From Proteromonas lacertae (Eukaryota), in contig NGBS01001209.1 of assembly GCA_002245135.1 (NCBI GenBank), positions 1 through 41,180 of the forward strand: 41,180 nt of DNA. Reading direction: 5' to 3'. This document shows positions 37,071-41,180 of the stretch, one piece after another (the stretch's first letter is position 1; the number at the start of each line of letters is the position of its first letter). A program made the translations under genes and the position numbers. Under the pieces are notes generated by a model that was not told the DNA's origin, made no database searches, and worked only from the letters and a program-made list of their open reading frames with translations.

Positions 37071-37919
37071 TTAATTTATAACTTCATTCTCAATTACATG
37101 ATTTCCAATATAAATAATCCTATCAGCATAACATTCTAGTTCAGGATTATGAGTAACCATGACAATTGTACATTTATTATTCTAATAGAATTCAATTAAA
37201 CAAATACATCTTACTTTATGAATATAATCCAATAATTTCATAATTTCAAATGTTGTTGTTGGATCTAAATCACCTGTTGGTTCATCCAAGAATAACAGTG
37301 GAGGATTATTAGCTAATGCTCGAGCTATTGCAATTCTTTGCTATATTTTATTAATGATATAAATATATATATATAATCTTTTACTTACTTGTTCTCCACC
37401 TGATAACTCTGTTGGATAATAATTAAACTTTTCTTTTAAATTTACTAAACTCAATAATTGCATTGTTCTTATTTCTCTTTCTTTTTTCTTTAGTTTTCCT
37501 AACAATAACATTGGTAATTCTATATTTTCAAGACACGTTAATGAAGACATTAAATTGAAGTTTTGGAATACTATTCCCATCTATACATATGTTTATAACA
37601 CTATTACTTTTGTTAATCTGATTTGACTTAATTCACTGTTTTTCATACTGCTTACATCGTTTCCAAATATTCTAACGGTTCCATCACTTACTTTATCGAT
37701 TGTACTTATTACATTTAATAAGCTTGATTTACCACCACCACTCTGACCTCTAATCATGACAAATTCACCTTTCATAATAGCACGATGATTGCAATCGTTA
37801 TTTAAATTAATATGATCTAAGATTAATATCTCTTCTGCTCCCTTTTCCTTTGGCTTATACCTTTTAGTAACATCAATGAGTTCTAAAGCATAGTTATCAT
37901 CTTCATTGTTATCACACAT
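37071..37919 (-). CDS. Stand-alone LolD/MacB-type ABC ATPase; 3 introns
   Basis: [49 protein letters not shown], MVTHN. Confidence 0.92.
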
Positions 37920-38138
37920 TTGTAATTATTATAAATACAAATAAAAATGATAAATTAATACAAAATAACAATCACAAAATCAAAAAATGATAAATACAGA
38001 GAAATACAAAAATATACTTGTATTATTAAAATATGATAAACATAAGAGAAAAACAAAATATATACTTTCATTGACAATTATTATGACTATCAAACAAGTA
38101 ATATTCAATAATAACAACAATTGTAGTAAAAATATTAA

Positions 38139-39073
38139 TTAATATGGTCTAGGTCTATTATCTCTCCTATAATTATTACGATTATTGTAATTCTTATAAT
38201 CATTCTTCTTTTCATATCCACTTCTAAACAAATAACAAAATAATTATATAATAATCTATACGAAGGTGGTGCAGCTTTCATAGTAGCCATTGAAACTTCA
38301 ATTTTATTTCCTTTAAATTCATTTCCATTGAAAAAATTAACAGCTTGATGAGCAGAAGCTGCTTCTTCATATGTCACAGCAGCATCTCCCTTATTTGAAC
38401 CATCTTTATTCTTATATAAATACACTTGATAAGGCCATTGATCCTTAAATTTACCTTTAATCTTTCTTTGAGCAATAATTCCAATTTGTTTGAAGAAATC
38501 AACAATATCATCTTCTGTTGTTGATGGGTTTAATCCTGAAATATATATTCTATTATTGGGACAAGATGAATCGCAATGACCATCACATTGATGTACTTCA
38601 GCAGGTGCTGATGAAGAAGAAGATGAATATGGAGTAGATGAAGAATTAGATGATCTATAACTGTTATTATTAACATTGTTATTATCTCTATAATCAGAAT
38701 GAGAGTGGTATGAATCATCTCTACTAGAACGATGTTCTGAATGATGATCAGAACGACTATCTGAATCACGATGATGGTCAGAGTGGTGGTGTCTGTCATC
38801 ATGTCTATCTGAATCACGATGATGACTACTATGGGATTCTGAAGATCTTCTTGGTTTATCTGCCTTACATTTGTAACATTGTTGTCTATTTGCATAATTC
38901 ATACCTCCACATTCACATTTCCAATCATCTTTATCATCACCAGGTATTTTTCTTCCTCCATGTCTTTAAATAAATAAATTACGAAATAAAAATAAATACC
39001 CTCTACTATCATCACGATCATTTCCACGAGAATAGTTATCTCTATTACTATCGTACCTTCTACTATCTGACAT
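38139..39073 (-). CDS. TAF15: FET-family (TAF15/FUS/EWS-like) RNA-binding protein: RanBP2 finger, RRM and PY-NLS; 2 introns
   Basis: DWKCECGGMNYANRQQCYKC; RIYISGL...KGDAAVTYEE; spliced C-terminus RRDNRPRPY*. Confidence 0.85.
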
Positions 39074-39153
39074 TGTGTTACGTTTTAAAACAAAAAATGA
39101 AATTCTAAATATTTTTAACGAATATATTTTTATTTTTAATTGGATTTCTTTAA

Positions 39154-39977
39154 ATGAACGGAGTAATAAATGATGAATTCCAACCAAAAGAATTGATTCA
39201 GAATTTTGATAAATTAGGTGAAGTGGAGAAGATGTTAGAATCAGTATATGTATAACATTTACATAAACAGATACAAATAATACGATCTAATGCTGATAAT
39301 TTAGGACAAATAGCTGATGAAGTTATTAAAACTTCAGGAAAGAAACATTCAGCTGATTTAACAACTTTATCAGATTCAATTTCAGAAACTAAATCACTTC
39401 TAACCTCTCTTATAAATGATGCAAAACAATTTGATATTTTTAATCAATATGGATCTACATTAAATGTATAAATATCATTAATTTATTATGTTAGAAAGAA
39501 TTATCTCCAAAAATGAATGAATTATTATCACAAGCCATTAAAAACATCAAGAAAGTATATAATACAACATTATATAGAATTGAAGAAATATCCTCCTCAT
39601 CTTCTCATTTTACAACAACATCAATAGGTATAAAACTAACATCACTCGGATTGAAATGCTTTTTACCACTACCAAGTGAAGTTGATTTACCTTCCTATTT
39701 ATTTATAGATGATGCTGAATTATCGTCATCTACTTTACTTACTTCAATAGAAGATACTTGGAATACTGGATATATCTATTTCAGCAATAGTGCAAGGAAG
39801 TCAAATTCATCAGAACCTTTAGAGCATTTTTTCATTTGGTTGTTTTCCTATGATACATTGTTTAAATTACCTTGTGAAAAATGTCATAATCTATTAAGTC
39901 CTACAATGTCATTATTACCACCAATAATTAGAGATTATAAAACATTAAAACCATTTCACTTGGAATGTTATATTTAA
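39154..39977 (+). CDS. MED27: Mediator subunit 27; 2 introns
   Basis: C-terminal WLFSYDTLFKLPCEKCHNLL..LLPPIIRDY....FHLEC zinc motif. Confidence 0.78.
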
Positions 39978-40064
39978 TTATTTATATATTTGTTCAAAAC
40001 CATCCAAAAACAAACAAAATTTATGAGTAAAATATGTTGAACCCTTAGAAACTTTTAGATTTAA

Positions 40065-40659
40065 TTAATTTCGGAGCTTTTCCTTCTTTCTGTGGAATAA
40101 AGCTAATAATGAAATATTTGCAACTTTTACAACCTTGAATCTAACACCGGGAATATCACCAACTGAATGTCCTGATCTACCAAAACCAGCAATTAATACT
40201 TCATCATTTTCATCAATAAAGTTTAAACAACCATCACGTGGTACGAAGGCAGCTATTTTCTTGCTATTTTTAATTAATTGTACTCTGACGGCTTTACGAA
40301 TAGCTGAGTTAGGTTGTTTTGATTCAATACCAATCTTTTCAACAACAATACCTTTTGCCATTGTTGCTCCTCCTAAAGCGTTAGCTTTAATTGAGGCTAA
40401 ACTGTGAGTCTTCTTATATTTCTATACAAATAAACAATAAAATCTGTAATAAATACTTTTATGCTCCATCTTTGAGATTGTCTGTGTACACGAAGTTTAC
40501 GTGCAGAACGAATACCATTAGGTTTTCTATACAATAAAGATTAGGGATTATTGTGTTAAGAAAAAGCAGTAGTGTAAGTAATATAATAGAATAATAGACA
40601 ATAGGTAGTATTAATAGAAGATATAATTATAAGAGTGTTATATACCCGTGACCTCCCAT
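40065..40659 (-). CDS. RPS23: 40S ribosomal protein S23 (uS12); 2 introns (119 nt and ~35 nt)
   Basis: [17 protein letters not shown]...KQPNSAIRK...[13 protein letters not shown]. Confidence 0.98.
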
Positions 40660-40937
40660 TAAATACTACTAAGAGTTCAACTAAAAATGATTTTTGAATT
40701 CAGGGCTTAAAAAGTATACTTTCGCTATTTAAACTCAGCATCAAAATGATTACACTATACATGTGTTAAAAGTATTAAAGCTTGGCAGTTTGAATATTTA
40801 TTTTTCATTTCTGCTTAAATTAGCTTATATGTAATTTAAATAATAACAAAAATCAAAATCAAAATCACATAGACATAAAAATTAGAATAAATAAAGAAAT
40901 TTATTATTATTAATCAAATACAATTATTCAAAACATT

Positions 40938-41180
40938 TTAATCCTCAGTTGTCTGTTCTTCAGCTGACACTTCTGCAGGTGTTTCTTCTGTCGATTGTCC
41001 TTCCGATGGACCTTCACTTTCAGTTGGTTCAGTTGGCTTTTCTTCTTCTGTTGTTGGAGTTTCTTCTTCAGATGGTTGTTCTTCTGTTGGTTTTTCCTCT
41101 TCAGTTTGAACTTCTTCAGTTGGTTGTTCTTCTGTTGGTTGTTCTTCAGTTGGTTTTTCGTTTCTTCAGTTGGTTTCTCT
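40938..41180 (-). CDS. 3' end of an acidic E/P/T-repeat protein (EKPTEEQPTEE), truncated by the window edge
   Basis: Repeated CCAACTGAAGAA/CCAACAGAAGAA units ending EEQTTED* at 40938. Confidence 0.65.

Noticed and set aside
40527..40645. U12-type intron
   Set aside because: The donor is GTATATAA, not GTATCCTT; no minor-type donor was found in the window.

Overview
A very AT-rich, gene-dense eukaryotic region with about 25 protein-coding genes. Most are split by tiny GT-AG introns of roughly 25-37 nt, and divergent gene pairs are only 80-120 bp apart. The tiny introns, TGTTTGTT-like 3'-end motifs, giant He_PIG surface protein and stramenopile mastigoneme-type EGF module point to a Blastocystis-like gut stramenopile (Opalinata); this assignment is inference. 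Both ends carry indels resembling uncorrected long-read errors. Housekeeping genes: GRAB golgin, EDR2_C protein, ankyrin-HDAC, GAR1, PepD, MINDY deubiquitinase, Tim10, SAC1, HAD hydrolase, LolD/MacB-type ABC ATPase, TAF15/FUS-like, MED27 and RPS23. Most interesting: (1) a ~3,510-aa secreted mosaic protein ending in a complete mastigoneme (Sig1/Ocm1/Mas)-like module, whose internal repeat is a patchwork of identical and diverged blocks; (2) two neighbouring fucosyltransferases with one lesion each; (3) two apparent pseudoenzymes with membrane anchors; (4) an unusual splice-donor consensus (GTATW, +5G mostly absent); (5) a recurrent TATYCGTTT upstream motif, one copy of which points to a structured, unannotated intergenic segment. 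Gene models and counts were made by eye.
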